Source: Phoronis australis
Taxonomy: Eukaryota > Animalia > Phoronida
Direction of reading: 5' to 3'
Assembly (NCBI GenBank): GCA_002633005.1
Contig: NMRA01000170.1
Location: 627,007 to 691,006, forward strand
DNA length: 64,000 nucleotides
Shown here one piece after another: positions 1 to 14,398 of this stretch. Positions within the stretch are counted from its first letter, which is position 1; each line of letters begins with the position of its first letter. The notes beneath the pieces were generated by a model. The model worked only from the letters and a program-made list of their open reading frames with translations. It did not search any database and had not been told where the DNA came from. The position numbers and the translations under genes were made by a program.

Positions 1-588
1 TTTCGACAATCACACGAGCTAACACTGTTGAGTTTGACCATGGACCAAACCTGTAATAAATTTTGATAATTTAGAGTGATTCACAGTGACGACAGGGTTT
101 TACCATTTGCCTGTCATAGCAACATGTTGCCTGCCTGAGCACGAGTCTGCCAACTCAAGACTTTATAGAACCGACTAGTCGGGAAACATGCTGAAAATTT
201 ACAAAAATAACCTTATTTCCATGATAATCATCGAACACAGACTCGTCTCTTCGTGCTTTAGGATATTGAAATTTCATGTTCAGACAGTGAATAAGCCAAG
301 TACAACGCTGTCAGGACAATGCCAAATTCCCAGATACTATCACAATGCTCTATTCAAAGAGGCTTGACCCACAAACGTAATGATTGAAAGCTTGGTTTAA
401 GTTGGTTCAAATGTTTCGGTAATAAAGATATAAAATGAAATTTATTATTACTTTTTTACTACAATCAAAAGTTATTAAGTATTAGTTACACAAAAAATTC
501 AAATATACTACTTTAAAATGATATGTACATTATCACTTTGAAATAGTTTTCGTTTTGTAATGTTGACCTTTTTAAGTCGACCCCCGCG

Positions 589-725
589 TGACGTCAGGGA
601 TACAGTTTCTAAAAATAGGTTGGCAGCAACAAAGCAGGGTATAAAATGCGACGTGATGGTGTGATCTGATCCAAATATAAACAAATTGCTTATTCCCCGG
701 TGCTTTGAAGTCCTGCCAGGTGAGT
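589..725 (+). promoter_or_regulatory. Putative promoter and non-coding first exon of the RNF217-like gene
   Basis: Perfect CRE TGACGTCA at 589-596, TATAAAA at 640-646 and a strong donor CAG|GTGAGT after 719, in a locally CpG-richer patch. The link to the acceptor TTTTAG ending at 10997 is inference. Confidence 0.5.
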
Positions 726-1538
726 TTACGAGACGCAGCTCAAACGATAGTTTGCTCTAACAACTAGCAATGTGGCCTAAGATCCTCAAAACACTCGTTT
801 TATTTTGTGAATTCGTGGCTCAAAGTTTGTTCGCACACACGACTACCCTCACGGTTGATATCGATTTTGCGTCGCCAGTGATGTGTCGACAAAGGCAGCA
901 GTAATAGATGAACAAATGACTGAAAATTTATGTTATACACTTGCTCCATATGGAACATCTTGCAGTTGAACTGTACAATACTAACGCTCTTCTTCTGCCT
1001 GATGGTGTTCTGTGGCAGTCACCAGTATCTCGCATAGCACACTACTCAACTATTTGATCATGCTATGAAGTGATGCTGGATTATGAGTATGTATCTAGAT
1101 AAATAAACAAAATTCAATAAATTAGCTGAATGAAGGCGCCTGATGGGGCCATGACAGATTCGCATACTAATGTGTTCCACATTTTTGCTGTTGACGCAAA
1201 GAGCTAGCAGGAAGGTGTCTACCCTCAACTGACAGGTACGTAATAGTCGTAATAAACTTTTGCAGGTATCTGGGTGTAGTTGTCCTGGAAAATTTTAATT
1301 GAGGTAGCCAGTTTAACTAGTTTACCAATTTACTGGGAGTTTTGTATATTAGCTTTATGAGTCTAGAGGGCCGCCTTGTCTCTTCTAGGGACTTCTGGCT
1401 AAGTCTAGTCTAGTAATCTTTTCAGAGACATTAGGATTCTTTAAATTCCTCCAGTTTTTAATGTACCTTTGTACTATTTCTAGCTTGCGGGTGTTTGGGC
1501 TTGTATTGTTTGTGAACGCCAGACCTCACAATCTGGTG

Positions 1539-1682
1539 CAAGGGCGGCGCACCATAGGAGGCTGGGAGGCTATAGCCCCCACTTTTTTCAGTGCTGCACC
1601 ACCCATGGTCTATAGGCGGCGCACCACAAGGGAGCTGGAGGGGCTTTAGCCCGCCACTTTTTTCAGTGCTGCGCCGCCCGTG
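1539..1682. mobile_element. Dimeric GC-rich MITE (hAT-like ends); related copy at ~37665-37803
   Basis: Ends CAAGGGCGGCGCA / TGCGCCGCCCGTG. Two ~72-bp internal units of the form GGCGGCGCACCA...CCACTTTTTTCAGTGCTGC. Confidence 0.65.
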
Positions 1683-4600
1683 TAGTGTAGCATGGCTATG
1701 ATCTTTGGAGAGTTAGATGTCAGATTTGGCTAATATTTGGTCACTTTGCAAATTATGATCCTCTGTTACGACATATAATTGGTAGGCCTACAATCCCTAT
1801 ATAGCTTTCCTGTGGGCCAGTTTACTCAAAGGTATTTCTTTGTGGTTTTAATCTTTCACATCGAAATCAAGGGACATTTGCTTATATGCCTTGGATCCCC
1901 AGTTGAACCAACAACAAGATTTGGAATTCAGAGAGCTGGTCAGACTTACTTACAGCATGCAATTAGGATTCTTTATTGAAAAAATCAATTAATAGCTAAC
2001 AACAATTGCATCTACTAGAGTGCTATCCAAAACCTTTTTTGACCTACAATTTTCACAAAAATTGATGTCAAGTTGACCGATTTATGATTTCTCACTGCAC
2101 ATCTAATCAATTTTTCATGGTTACTGACTGAAAATAAGGTCCGGGTATACTACTACAGAAGTGTTATGCGGGACATACGGCTACTTGGTATACTCACATA
2201 TAAGAGTTATACACTGAGAATACACTGTTCAAAAGTGTGACTTTTTCATGACTAATTTTCCAATGGAAGGGTCCTGTTTCTGACAAAATTCCATTCAAAA
2301 GTGTTCACTTTGGGAGCTCAAAATTCTACAAAAGGTTCCTTTTTTGAAGCATTTGATATTTTCAACAGTTTTGTTCATACAAGATGTGTTTATTTTTTGT
2401 CTTCGTGTTCTATTTCAGTCTAATATGTTAAGAATTTGTCTGTCCGAGAATCTCTATGAAAGGGTTGGGGTTATGGAATTAGAGTGGTGATTTTGGAACA
2501 TAACGCTCCTTGAGGGTGATTTTTTGTAGGAGCTCCCTGAAAATGGGTCTCTTGTATTCAAATTGATATCTGCTCAATGGGTACCGTTGATTGAATACCT
2601 CCAGGCTTGTCACTCGGATGGATGACTTTTTATTAACCTGTGACTCTTCCTTCTTCGACAAAATTCCCAACAGAAGGGTTCTCGAATTGGACATGGTGAA
2701 ATGTTCCTTTTCCAACTACACAAATCTACAGAAGGTCTTTGGAAAACTTTTGTCATTAAAAGATGTTCTCATTTTTGACAATTTAACAATTGTTCTTTTA
2801 CAGTTTCAGGTTTATTGCGTAAAAGCTCCCCCTGTCCAATAATCCATATGGTGTGGTTAAGTTTATGAAATCACTAGATAAGCCCACCCAATAAAAAGCC
2901 CATAGGTGATTCGGAAATTTATGCCAAATAAACTGCCATGGGCATTTATTTGGCATTAAAACTTTTTGTTTCAAGTATCGAGATAATGGAAGGTTTATTC
3001 GGAAAGTTTCCTCTTAAGAGCCCACTCAGCGTCAACTGTTCGTCACAAATTCAGTTTTGTGGAGCACTTATCATTTATGAAAACGAACAAAGTGTTGGCG
3101 AACTATGCATTTGTTAACATAAAATTTAAGTAAAAATGTCATAGGAAACCTCTAAATCTAGAGTATTCATTCCATGTCAACGTCTTCATCCAGTTCCTCC
3201 TCCGAATTTTCTGCTGACCGAGCTTAGGTGCGATCATCTGTGCCACAAGGAGGTCTGGAAGTGTCATGCACAGTAATTTTCTTGTCCCACTAGACAGTTA
3301 CAGCTAGTATTGATAGGCTGTTACTTAACTAAGGTTGTTAATAGGTATCAACATATTCACAACAGAGCTTTTAAGAAGTACCAATCCACCCAGAAGGGTG
3401 GTTTCATTTACAAACTTACAAAAATACACATCGTGCTTCACACTAGCATTTGCATAGTCATAACTACGACTTTCTGTTTACACGCACCCCTTTTCCGAAT
3501 AAGTGCTTGAGCGTGTAATTGGTGGTACTAAAATGCCTGAAAATTTTTTCTGAATATACGGTATGCCCATGGACTTATCTATGGAAAATCTCGGTAGTAT
3601 CCCCTGCAATTGGGCATTTTCAAAAATAGCCCCCTCGGTACTCTTTCAGAAACATCCATTTTCCTGAAATAATTTTTGTGTATTAAAATGACTCCAGGGA
3701 GCTCTAAGTGGACTTCTTTCAGAAACTTGTAAATTGCCAACTACTGCAGGCTGATCGATCATAGACAGAAAATTTGGTAATTGGGTTCTTTTAAGGATCA
3801 ATGTCATTTTTGCATTTTCCACATTTGTCTGTCCTAATCTTATTTTCAGGTTAGACATTAAATTCACAAGCTGGGTATGTCACAACAATAAACAGTACCA
3901 TAAGCAAAACAATGCAACAACATTTTCAATCGTTTGTTTTGTAAAGGAGAAAAAGATCTGGTTTGTCGAAAAGGACTCGGGATTTTTAACATGGCTCAAA
4001 GTTTTTGAAACATGACAGCAAACTGTTTGGATACAGGGAGAGCACAGTGACCTTTCAAAAACATCACATGAAACCGAATAAATGAACGGATGTATTTTTG
4101 GAAAGGGGAACACATTTTCGGAAATTGTCGAACATTTTATGATTCAGTTCTGTTTAGCAAATGTTTATTTCATTTTTCAATCTAATCTTCATTTATCTTG
4201 TGCAGCTTATGATTTTGATAATTCAGGATAAATCATTATTTCCTTGACAGAATGACGTAGTATGATAGTAGTCACACTCATGAGAAATGCAGTGTTTGTT
4301 GTTTTGGAAACTTCCTTGTTTTCCAAATTGAGGAAATACAGCAGAGCTGTTTTACATGAACTAAAGTTTGGTGCGTATTATTTACTGTGCAAATGAGTCC
4401 AGTTGGCAGACTTGTCATGGCAGCTTCAATACAAGCTAGGGAGGCTGGGTTAGTTAGGGATGTACGGTAATTGGTTTTGACATACATTTTGTCATTAGAC
4501 TTGCATTGTGTAGGATAATTACCTTAACACTGTTTAATATTATATTTTGCTATGCATTCATATCCCTCTGTACAAATATGGACCAATCCAGAGGTTGATA

Positions 4601-4689
4601 TCGGCTCATATGGACCAAGGTCCATTTGGGCCGGTGTGTCCCAGGGTTCTGTCTATGTGTTTGTTTTATTATAAATTATTATAGGACCA

Positions 4690-5485
4690 ATGGTGCTTGT
4701 TTCCTTGTCTTGGTGAAATGAAATTTCTCTAAGTATGTTGTTTTGTCATAATTTTTTTGTTTGTTTCTTTGTTCGCATAGGGCCATAATTCTTATCGGAT
4801 CAATGTGAAATTTACACTCAACATGTGTCTCATGAATGGCTCGAAGCCTTTTGTTTTTGGTTAAAATCGGATGCAAGATGGTGCTATGGTGGCCTTTTTT
4901 CCCTTTTTTGTTTGCAGAGCCATAGCTTCGCTGTTTCTTGTTGGATTTTTCTGATTTTTTCTATGGATAGATCATTTCAAGGTCTATCGCCAATGTTTAT
5001 TTGTTTTTCTCTGGGTCTTATCTTTCTCAAGTTATTTGAGATTTTCCGTTCCGAGGACTGGTTTCGAAATAACAGATTTTGTGCCATATCTTCGGCGTCC
5101 CTTGACGGATCTGTGAAATTTGGTATGCGGATAGATCTTTTCAAGTGCTATCAGCATTGTGACTGTTTTTTTGTTGGCTAGTAATTTATAGCTGGATTTT
5201 GTTAGTTTATGATATTTGTGCTAGAGATTGCATTTTACATCTGATCAACATGAAATTTACGCACAGTGTTTACTTAGTCACTAGCCCGAGGAATTTTGTT
5301 CTTGGATGAAATCAGACACAAGATGGCACTGTGTCGGACATTTTTTAAATTAGGTTTGTGGCGCTCTAAATCCTTTGACCGAACCTTTTCAAATTTGGTA
5401 TGTAAATAGATCGTATCAAGGGCCATCTAATGCTTTGATTTTGTCTCCTATCAGATTGCCCTGCTCTTACAGGGTTCTCCTTAAG
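4690..5485. repeat. Interspersed repeat with degenerate internal tandem units (Helentron/HINE-like)
   Basis: Recurring motifs tgaaatttac, caagatgg and aaatttggtatg...atagatc. The family assignment is inference. Confidence 0.4.
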
Positions 5486-8400
5486 CAAACATGGTACAAG
5501 TTCCACATCGTGTTTTTTGTCCCAATTTCCTTTCTGTTAATTCACAAAAACCACTGTCAGTTACATTATAACATTCACATGCTGGACGTGTCACTGTCAT
5601 TTTCACTGCAAAATGATAAAAATAACTACCACTATGTGACACTATTTCAATCATTTGTCTTGTGATGCAGGAAAACATGGCTCTTGAAACATGCAGGGAT
5701 ATGCCTGCACTGCGCCTTTGTGCCATTAACGCATAAAATAATACAAAAGACACAAGTGCATTACAGCAGTGCGCCCCCCCNNNNNNNNNNNCATGTTTTA
5801 AAACGCAACTCTCTTCCAAAAATGCAAGATTTTAGTCAACTTATAGCCAGTCAGGTAAAACATGACTTCTTTCCATTGCCTATTGGGTTTCTGTTTCATA
5901 TGTTACCACTTTAATTACTCTAAGTCTGCTGGGCACAACTTTTTTAAAGAAGACACACGTTTTATCATCATGTGCGCCCAAAGGTTCAAACCTTGTCAGG
6001 AATATCCCTGAACATGGCGTTAGATTTCAAACATGGCTCAAGTTTTTTAAACGTGATGTAAATTATCATGAACAGGGAGCAGCACCATCTTTGAATGCAC
6101 TTAGTGAGAACACTGTCTTGCTCAGAGATACTTAGATGTACCAATGTTGTGCTCTGTCTTTATTGTCAGAGGTGAACTTTCTGGCGGCATCAATTGTTGG
6201 TCACATTGGTTTGATGGTGAATAGCGCATCTGACTGACATCCAGCTGGCGTGTGGTATTCTACAGCAACTCGGTCAACAGTAGGACTCAGCAAATAATAT
6301 TATTGTGTCCTAGGTCAACATTACCTGAAAACTGAACTGATCGTGACGTATTTTAGCTAACCAGAGGACCAAAGCATTAGTTTTTGCCTAATGATATGCT
6401 TTAAGTGTGGAGATAAAATGTCAAGACTGTCTGGTAGTGTCTTGGGCTCTTATTTTCCCAGTTGCGGCTCGTAGTATTGCGTTGTGCTGGATTTTGGTGA
6501 GGGCAGCACCCCCTGTCAATTATAAAGAACCCCATGACTAATGCTATGTTCCGGAGATCCTATACAAATGTTTTCGATTCTTCTTGTTTTGCTGTGTGCT
6601 GATTGTGTTGTTTATGAGAGGTAGTACTGTGTGTTATGTTGCTATCATGTTCACCATCTTTCAGGATGCAATGCCGAAATGCTTGTGAAACCAAAAGAAT
6701 ATTCCAAGTTCACAACTGCTCCATTCGTATGCATTTCAAAATTGACTAGTTCCACAAATGGTCGTGTTCTAAGGATTCCTACTGACTACTGGAATACCTG
6801 TATTTTTGTCACTCCTATTGGCAGGAAATCTCAATTGAGTAAACAAATCGTGGTAATAAAAATATCCTGGTATTTGTCCAGGCAAATTTGAGGGCATTTA
6901 AAACATCGGATCAATCATGTCCCAATGCAAAAATTATTTTCCAATTAAAATCTTAGGGGAAAAAATAACTGGATTACTTCCACTAAATTTCCCATTGTAC
7001 CAGCCTTTTTATCACAGGTCATTTCATTCACCAGTTATAGCCATTACTCAGGTGTGGTTATAAATCTTGGTCTCTGACCACAACAGCTATAAAATCCTCC
7101 TTATGACAGCCTTGTGTGTTCTCCAGGTAGAAGAATGTATAATACCGTACTTCTGCCAACGGGACTTTTTACTGAATCTAAATTAGAAATTCTCTAATCA
7201 ATTCACATTGAGCTAGAGCTGTATGTTTTTATTTCAGTAACCAAATACTCATACATCGCTTCAGTCAATTTGTTATTGTCATTCAGTAATCAACTCCTTC
7301 GCTGTCGTCCTTGGAAATGGTAGAGGTTGTTGATTGATGTACACGATTCTAACACCTGTATTTGATTTTTTTCAAACTTCTATATTCGTGTATTTTCACT
7401 GAACAATAGTCATGTCCACACTGCAAATTATCATAGAACAATGTGCTCTAAAGCAGCTTACTACCATTCAACTGAGCGTGAGTTTTTGCCAACCAAGCTT
7501 AATAGCGACATGATCTGCATTTTTTTTGTCAGTTGTGCTAGGCCTAGCGCTGATGGATAGCTATTGGCCTTTAACGTAATGATCACCACATAACTCACAA
7601 CTGTACCAGAATAGGACATGTGCGTTCTTGGAGAAGCGGTTATCCTAAATCCTCACTGTCAGGGCAGATTAGATGAGTGCCAAAAGAGCTTGGGTAGCCA
7701 ATGAAATTTAGCCATTTTCTCATCCGACATGAATGGTATCTTTCCAGAGGGACTCTGTTTTATCTGCTATGAATATGTAGCACGTTATGGCAATTCTGAA
7801 ATCATTTCGCACGAAGTGAGTTAATCATATTCCTGAGGGTCGCGATCTGCAAATTAAGACTGAATTTCGGACTTCATAGTTGCAGGGTACCAGCAATTGC
7901 CTGTGTGTGAATTTTTTGGAAAGTGAATCATGTGATCCAATTAACAGAACTTGTAATTAAGTTATTTCATCCTATTACAATATAAAATTAGTTTATCCCA
8001 GCGTTTGTGAAACACTTTTTTGATCATATGACTCTTAAGTCACACTGCAATCTTCTAGGTCAACCACCTCATGCTTACAACGGCATGAGATATCCCATGT
8101 GAATGGATGAATTAAGTGGTGAATATACAATGTTCAAACCTTATTAACACATTTAATGAAGTTGTATTACTGTACTAAGATTGATGGCATGGCTTTGCAT
8201 TCATATTTTCCACAAAACTGACTGTGTTTGAATACGACGAGGCAAGAAATTCCCACCAAGTAGCCTTGTGCGAAAGAAGTGATTGACAAACTATTGTTTT
8301 TACAAATAATTTTGGATGTGCAAAATGAGTCAAGTGTGCAAAATATACGAACTACTGTGCAATATGTTTGGTAACTCCTGCATAATGCGAGGACTCAAAG

Positions 8401-8811
8401 TAAGACGAGAATTGAATGAAATACTAATAGCCCTAGTGACATGTTAGGATTGCTGGTAATTATGAGGTGAGCCATCTTTCACATTAGGGTAGATAGCAAA
8501 GCCCATAGCTCTAGCCTTAGACACCTCCCATGTACTTTTGAAACGCAAGTGTTTTCTCTGTGCTGGAGTCCTTTTGATGTGTGATGTGTGAGTGTTGAGT
8601 CTTTTGTGTAGTTCTGTTGACAGGTATGGTGTTTTCTTCATCATCTTGCATGAGCACTGGAACCATTGCTTTGCTGTCATAATGGCATGTAATCTTGCTG
8701 TGAGGGTAACACCTGTTGTTTTTGGTGTAGATCCCTACTGTTGAAATCCTGGGTGAATTCAGTCCTTGTCTAAACAGATAAGATTAGAAAAGGATCAAAG
8801 TTATTGCCATC

Positions 8812-8926
8812 CTGCTGTATTGTTTTTCAGTGACATTGTGTGACTTATCTAGTGTTGTTATTACAGCTGTATTGTTTTTCAGTGACTTTGTGTGACTTAC
8901 AATATCTAGTGTTGCTATCACAGCTG
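8812..8926. repeat. Local tandem duplication (~52-57 bp x2)
   Basis: gctgtattgtttttcagtgac(a/t)ttgtgtgactta...tctagtgttg(t/c)tat(t/c)acagctg is repeated. Confidence 0.85.
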
Positions 8927-9845
8927 ATCATTTCCATCAGTGTTCAGCACAACAGAAATTGAACTCTTGACTGGAGTTACAAAATTTATGTAGGTGTTTG
9001 TAAGTTCATACTGTAGGAGTCTGTGTGTTAAGTCTTGATACAAATGTAGTGAGCTGGTAACAAAAATCCAAAATGTCCTAATTTCCTTATTTAATAANAT
9101 TTTCTTATTTAAGAAGAAATTACTAACCCCTCCCCCCCCCCCAAATTTGTTGCATAGGTTTTCAAACTTCTTGCAATTAAGCCAAACAGATTATGACAAA
9201 ATTCAAACTCAACGCAGTGACGGGTCAAAACAGGTTATGGAGCACATTGGTATAATTTGATTTTGCCAGGTGTCGGGCTTTAGAACAGTTGTATTTCCTA
9301 GGGTTGCATGCAAACACAAAACAACTCGGTCATGCCAGTTGCGTACGTGTTGATTACACACATATGCCCAAAAAGTTGAAAAAGTGTGAAGTTTCATGGC
9401 AAAAATAGCACTGCTACAAAAAGGATAATTTCTTAAATGATTTGAGAGCATCAGTTATTGGTCTGATATGAAACCAGAAGTAAGATGGTTTCTGTCATTG
9501 TTTATATGAAAGCTGTGTGGCATGAAATTACTGCTCACTCACTGAAGCCTCACTGAATGGTGCAGTCAAGCAGGTTTAACTGGATGCCATGCTGTGAATT
9601 TGTTTCATAGGCTTTGTTAGGTGTAGCATATGATAACTGAAATCATGGGTGTTGAATAACTTTGGGACCCATACAATGTCCTTTTACCATAATTTATTTG
9701 CAGTCAATTATTTTTTCTACAAAATATTTATGAAAAATTGTTATGCAAACTTATTTCAGTATCAGTGCAGTATGTTTAATGTTATTATGCAGTATGTTTA
9801 ATGTTATATGTATAGGCTACTTAGTTCCATAGGTAATGGAGGCTC

Positions 9846-10298
9846 CTGTGGCCGGTTGCATAAAACAGTTCCAAATAGGGACTCAACTAAGTTCCCTAAA
9901 TCTTTTTCGTATTTGTTTCGTTATTTAGGCACAGATGTAATGTTTTTCTATAATTTTATCTTTATTATGAGCTCTTCTTTGACTAGTGGCATTTTCTAAT
10001 AATATAACTAAAAACTGAGCCCTTAATTCAATAAAAATAATTAGGGTCTTGGTCCTCATTTTGGGGGCGTTGCACGAAAAGATCCCTACTTATTTTCAAT
10101 AATACCGGGGTATTGAGAATTCATCGTCAAGATCACTCTCGATTTGTAACAAAATTAAAAATCAACTTCGTAATGAAACTAAAACAGCATAAGAAAGGAC
10201 AATGGGCGTTTTCACAAGTTCACAGTTATGCAGCAGATTTAGGGAACTTAGTTGAGTCCCTGTTTGGAACTGTTTCATGCAAGTGGGCACTGGCCCAT
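9846..10298. mobile_element. MITE with ~55-bp terminal inverted repeats
   Basis: ttgcataaaacagttccaaatagggactcaactaagttccctaaatct pairs with agatttagggaacttagttgagtccctgtttggaactgtttcatgcaa. Confidence 0.8.
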
Positions 10299-11179
10299 AT
10301 CACCCTCCAACAAAATGTTTACAAAAACATGTCTCATATCAGACATGAATAACACTGCTTACAGTAGCAATGTAAATGTCCCTTTGCAATAAAATAAGCT
10401 AAGCAAGGTTCTAAATAACAGGTTCAGTCTTTGATTGGGTAAAACTGCTGAAGTACTACTCACAAGGTTTAGATTAAAAATGCTGTGTTCTAAATAAATA
10501 CCTCTAACTATAGCAATTTTTAAACAAGTGTTCTTTTCTGAAGATAAACGAGTTTCATTAAAAAGGAACAAAGTTTTCTTTGGTGAGCTTCGCCAATCAG
10601 TGAAGTCATCAATTAGTCAGCACAGATTGGCTGTTGTGTTAATGTCATGACCAATGTTACTGATGATGCTACGTCCTATTGTGATGATGATGTCATACCC
10701 TCTGTTTGTGATGATGTCATACCCAGTGTTAGTGATGATGTCATTCTATTGTTGCTTGCATTTTGTTGCTTGCATGAGGAGTCGCACTGATGGTTTTGAA
10801 AAGGTTTATTGTTATTAACCTATTTAATGACTTTTTAGGCGTTTAATTTTGATTTGATTATTTCATACAACAGTTTGAATTTAGAATTTAATAGACTGCA
10901 TACAATATTTAAGGTATTTTGCAAGCATTCATGTAATTCGTATTGACATGCACATCTTGTAAAATCTTGTAAAATTTGCTATTTTATGCTGTTTTAGTTG
11001 TCTAAGCCGCACTTACAATAGAAGTACAGCCTGAGATTTCTATCTGTTGGAGAAGGGCAGGAAATTGGACTTGTGCCATTTATTCAAGGAAACGTTTGAG
11101 CAACTGAAACTGCTGCCCACTCTTGAATGTTAAAGAATCGCAATTGATAAAACAAATCTCTCTCGTGTATTCAAGTACT

Positions 11180-12535
11180 ATGGCATCTCTTGAAATAAGC
11201 TCAGTGGAAGAGGTCTTGACAGACTGTGTCCCCAATGGTGTGGATACTGTTGACAATTGCTGTGAACAATTGGACCTTGCTGATACTATCGTCGGACGTC
11301 AGCTTTTGGCACAGTTGCACTCTAATAAAGTGGACGAGACAGATTTGTCCGGAGTTGTTACAAATCACATCGAAAATGGGATTTTGAAAAACATCCAATT
11401 GCATGATTTTGCAGACTCCACAGATGCTGATTCCTGTTCGGAAAATGTCTCTTCTGAGGGTACACCAACCCTCGCTGAAGACGTATCTCATGAAATCAGT
11501 CATATTGGTGCAGAAAAGGAGACAGTTTATGAAGATGATCTCACGGTTACATGTGAGGTTTCAACATCTGAAAGTGTCTGTCCAGCACCAGAAAGGAGAA
11601 ACAGTTCTGGTAATGCACCCACTGACTCAGAAGTAGTGACCAGTTCAGAGAATGTTTCTGCAATTCTGGAACAACCAGCCGGTTCTGACCATGTTTCCCC
11701 TCCCCCAGAAGTAGAAACCAATTCTGATTGTGAAGCCACGCCCCAGGAACAAATGAGCGTGTGCGGGTGCATCCCTACCCAATCTCCTTTGCCACCACTG
11801 AGTGGTTCTGCACTTGGTTCATCAAGCAGCTCTCCTGCTAATGGTGGTGGTGGTGGTGATGGAGATGGAGGTGATGATGGTGTCAAAACCGAGGACTTGA
11901 ATACAGCTCTCGGACACTTCTGGGAGATGCTGAGCAATGAACTCGGTCTGCCAGAACCTTTGGATGCAGACATTTTCGCAGAACTTAGTTCTGAGATAGA
12001 TTCAGAACGAAAGCTGCCATTTAAGACTAGTGGTATGTTTACTGGGGATTGTTCAGTGTGTTTCGAAACGGCCTGGTTGTACCGCCGAAATTGTTGCAAA
12101 AATCCAGTGTGTCAGGAGTGCCTGGGTGCCTACTTTACAACGTTGGTGAAAGACGGCATTGTGTCCATTCACTGTCCATGCTGTTCTGAGTTTGTGTACC
12201 GCGATGAAATTTACTACTACCTGAAAACGGAAGATAAGTTGAAGTTCTACAGATTCGTCATCAATGCAAACAAGGATCCGCACCGGAAACTTTGCCCGCG
12301 GTGTTGCGTCCTGAAAGAACTACCCATGGAGGTGGTGCGTGACCCAGCAATTAAGAAGCATGGTCTGCAGGTGTGTTGCTCCAAATGTTACTTAGAATGG
12401 TGCTTCTTGTGTGAAGCACCTTGGCATCAGGGGATGACATGCAAAGAATATCGCCATGGTGATAAATTGGTGAAGGCTTGGGCTCACGGTGAGGTGCAAG
12501 GAACAAGAAATGCACAGAGGTGTCCAAAATGCAAG
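11180..12535 (+). CDS. RNF217: RBR-type E3 ubiquitin ligase RNF217-like, coding exon 1 (acidic low-complexity N-terminus, RING1, IBR, start of RING2)
   Basis: ATG at 11180. RING1 CSVC...CCKNPVCQEC...CPCC has the CC variant typical of RNF217. IBR CPRC...CSKCYLEWCFLCEAPWHQGMTC is followed by AQRCPKCK. Donor AAG|GTATT, phase 0. Confidence 0.93.
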
Positions 12536-14196
12536 GTATTATTACTTTTCACATATTATCAGCTTGGCAGTAATAGTATAGCTATAATAAGACAATTAGT
12601 ATAGCTGTGCCAGCTTGCTTTATTCCTGTTTCAAAGTGTCCATGCGATACGCAGAGCATGATGAGGTTTTTGCACTTGTCTTGTTTTTCAAAAATGTTGT
12701 TAGCTCAACAATATCCTGCCAATGGTGCAATGCATTGGTTTCAAGTCTTGTTTCTTTCTGAGCAAATGCACTTAAATGTGACTATAAACTCATAATCCGT
12801 CTTTGGCAACTAACTTGTAATTAAGACTGGTTACATCTTTAAAACCGATCGTGATTTATTCTTACTCAAATAGGATGTGGTTTCTGATTCTGTTATTGCT
12901 CGAGAGCATTCTCGACACATAAGAGAGCTGTTGTGATGAGACAATTTGTTGAACCTGTGCACTTGAGATTAAACTTGACATTTCTGTTTTGCTTTACTAC
13001 GGACTCAAGAGGAGGGCCTATTTTTTAGTGTGCTCAAATATATCGTGGTTTACACAAATGAGTGTCTAGTCTGTGTTTGCATTAACTTTAATGAACCTAA
13101 GATTCCAGTTACAAGCATAGTAAATCTCAAGATTTCGAGTTCAGGCTCCACCTTATTGCTGTGGTCATCATGTGCAAATTGGGATTATGTACTAAACAGT
13201 TCTTGCCTTAAACTGTAATGTACTCCAGAATAGAAGCATTAATTGCACACACGTCTTGTATTCCGACATAAATGAAACGCAAAATTTCAAAAGTGATTAC
13301 GAGCAAGCGTAGTACAAGGATTAGATACTGGCCCTGGTCTGAAGGTGTAGCAAACTGTTGGTTCTTTCCACTCTCGGAAACAACCTCTGGTTTTGACTAA
13401 AAAACAAATTAGAGACCAATGTCATAACTGCAAGTGGTCAAAGTTATAAGTTATTTTTCGTGACAGAAGACAGGTTTATTGCCAGTGTAAGTAGTTATTA
13501 GATTGCGAGGCTGTTGCTAGACTTGCATCTGCAGACCCCATGTGGTGTTGCTTAAAGTTTGCAATGTTAAGGCTTTGTAGGATCCTAGAAAAATGTCCAA
13601 TTTTGGCCAACTTCAAAATGTGTCTTAGCAACGGCTCATTGGATTCATATGAAACTTTCAGATACTACGCTTTATATTCTGTTCTCCAAAGCGCTGTTAG
13701 AAATTATTTTTAAAATATTCCACTTTTGCATGAGGAAAAATGTTTAAAGTTGTGCAAAATGAAAACAAAACAATAATTTAGTAAACTGTAACTGCATTTT
13801 TGAGATTTTATATTTTTTAACAAAATTTTTCCTTTTTATCGATTCAATGTATGAATGTACCTTTTTTGCTAAATTTTCCTAAAAAGCATGGTCATGTGAC
13901 CTATTTAATGGCAGACTGGTCAAACATAACATTTTATGAACAGAAAATTACGTGTACTTGTGCTAATTTTCTAGTCTAGTAGATATTTGACTAAATGTAC
14001 AGACTTGTTACTCAGGTCTTACATAGTGCTCTGATCTGTAGGTAGTGTTTGACAACAAAATTCATTGTCTCATCGTTGATGGACATTGCCAAGTTAATTA
14101 GTGTCACCATGACTAATGACATAAAAGTCTTTTGAAATCGTTGATATAGAAACTAAGTCTCATTGATAACATGTTTCACCTATTTTGTTTGTGCAG

Positions 14197-14398
14197 ATTT
14201 TCATCGAGCGCATTTCTGGCTGTGATCACATGACATGCCAGCACTGTGGTGCAGAGTTCTGCTACTTGTGCGGCGAGATATTTCGCTCCATCAAGTTCAT
14301 CGGGAACCACTACAAGAAGTTGAGCGTGTTTGGCTGCAAATATCGCTTCAAACCTAACCAACCAGGACAGAGGAGACTCATTCGTGGCGGGATTCTGG
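14197..14398 (+). CDS. RNF217: RNF217-like coding exon 2 (RING2/Rcat with catalytic Cys)
   Basis: Acceptor tttgtgcag. Translates IFIERISGCDHMTCQHCGAEFCYLCG...GNHYKKLSVFGCKYRF...RRLIRGGIL. Donor G|GTAAT, phase 1. Confidence 0.93.

Noticed and set aside
6190-6365. Possible tRNA-derived SINE
   Set aside because: Too degenerate; A/B boxes and a cloverleaf could not be supported.
11123-11179. ORF-track start at 11123
   Set aside because: It is a TTG; the first in-frame ATG is at 11180.
11201-12283. Minus-strand and alternate-frame ORFs (100, 190, 76 and 77 aa) overlapping the RNF217 exon
   Set aside because: Shadow ORFs of a real coding exon, with no recognisable domain.
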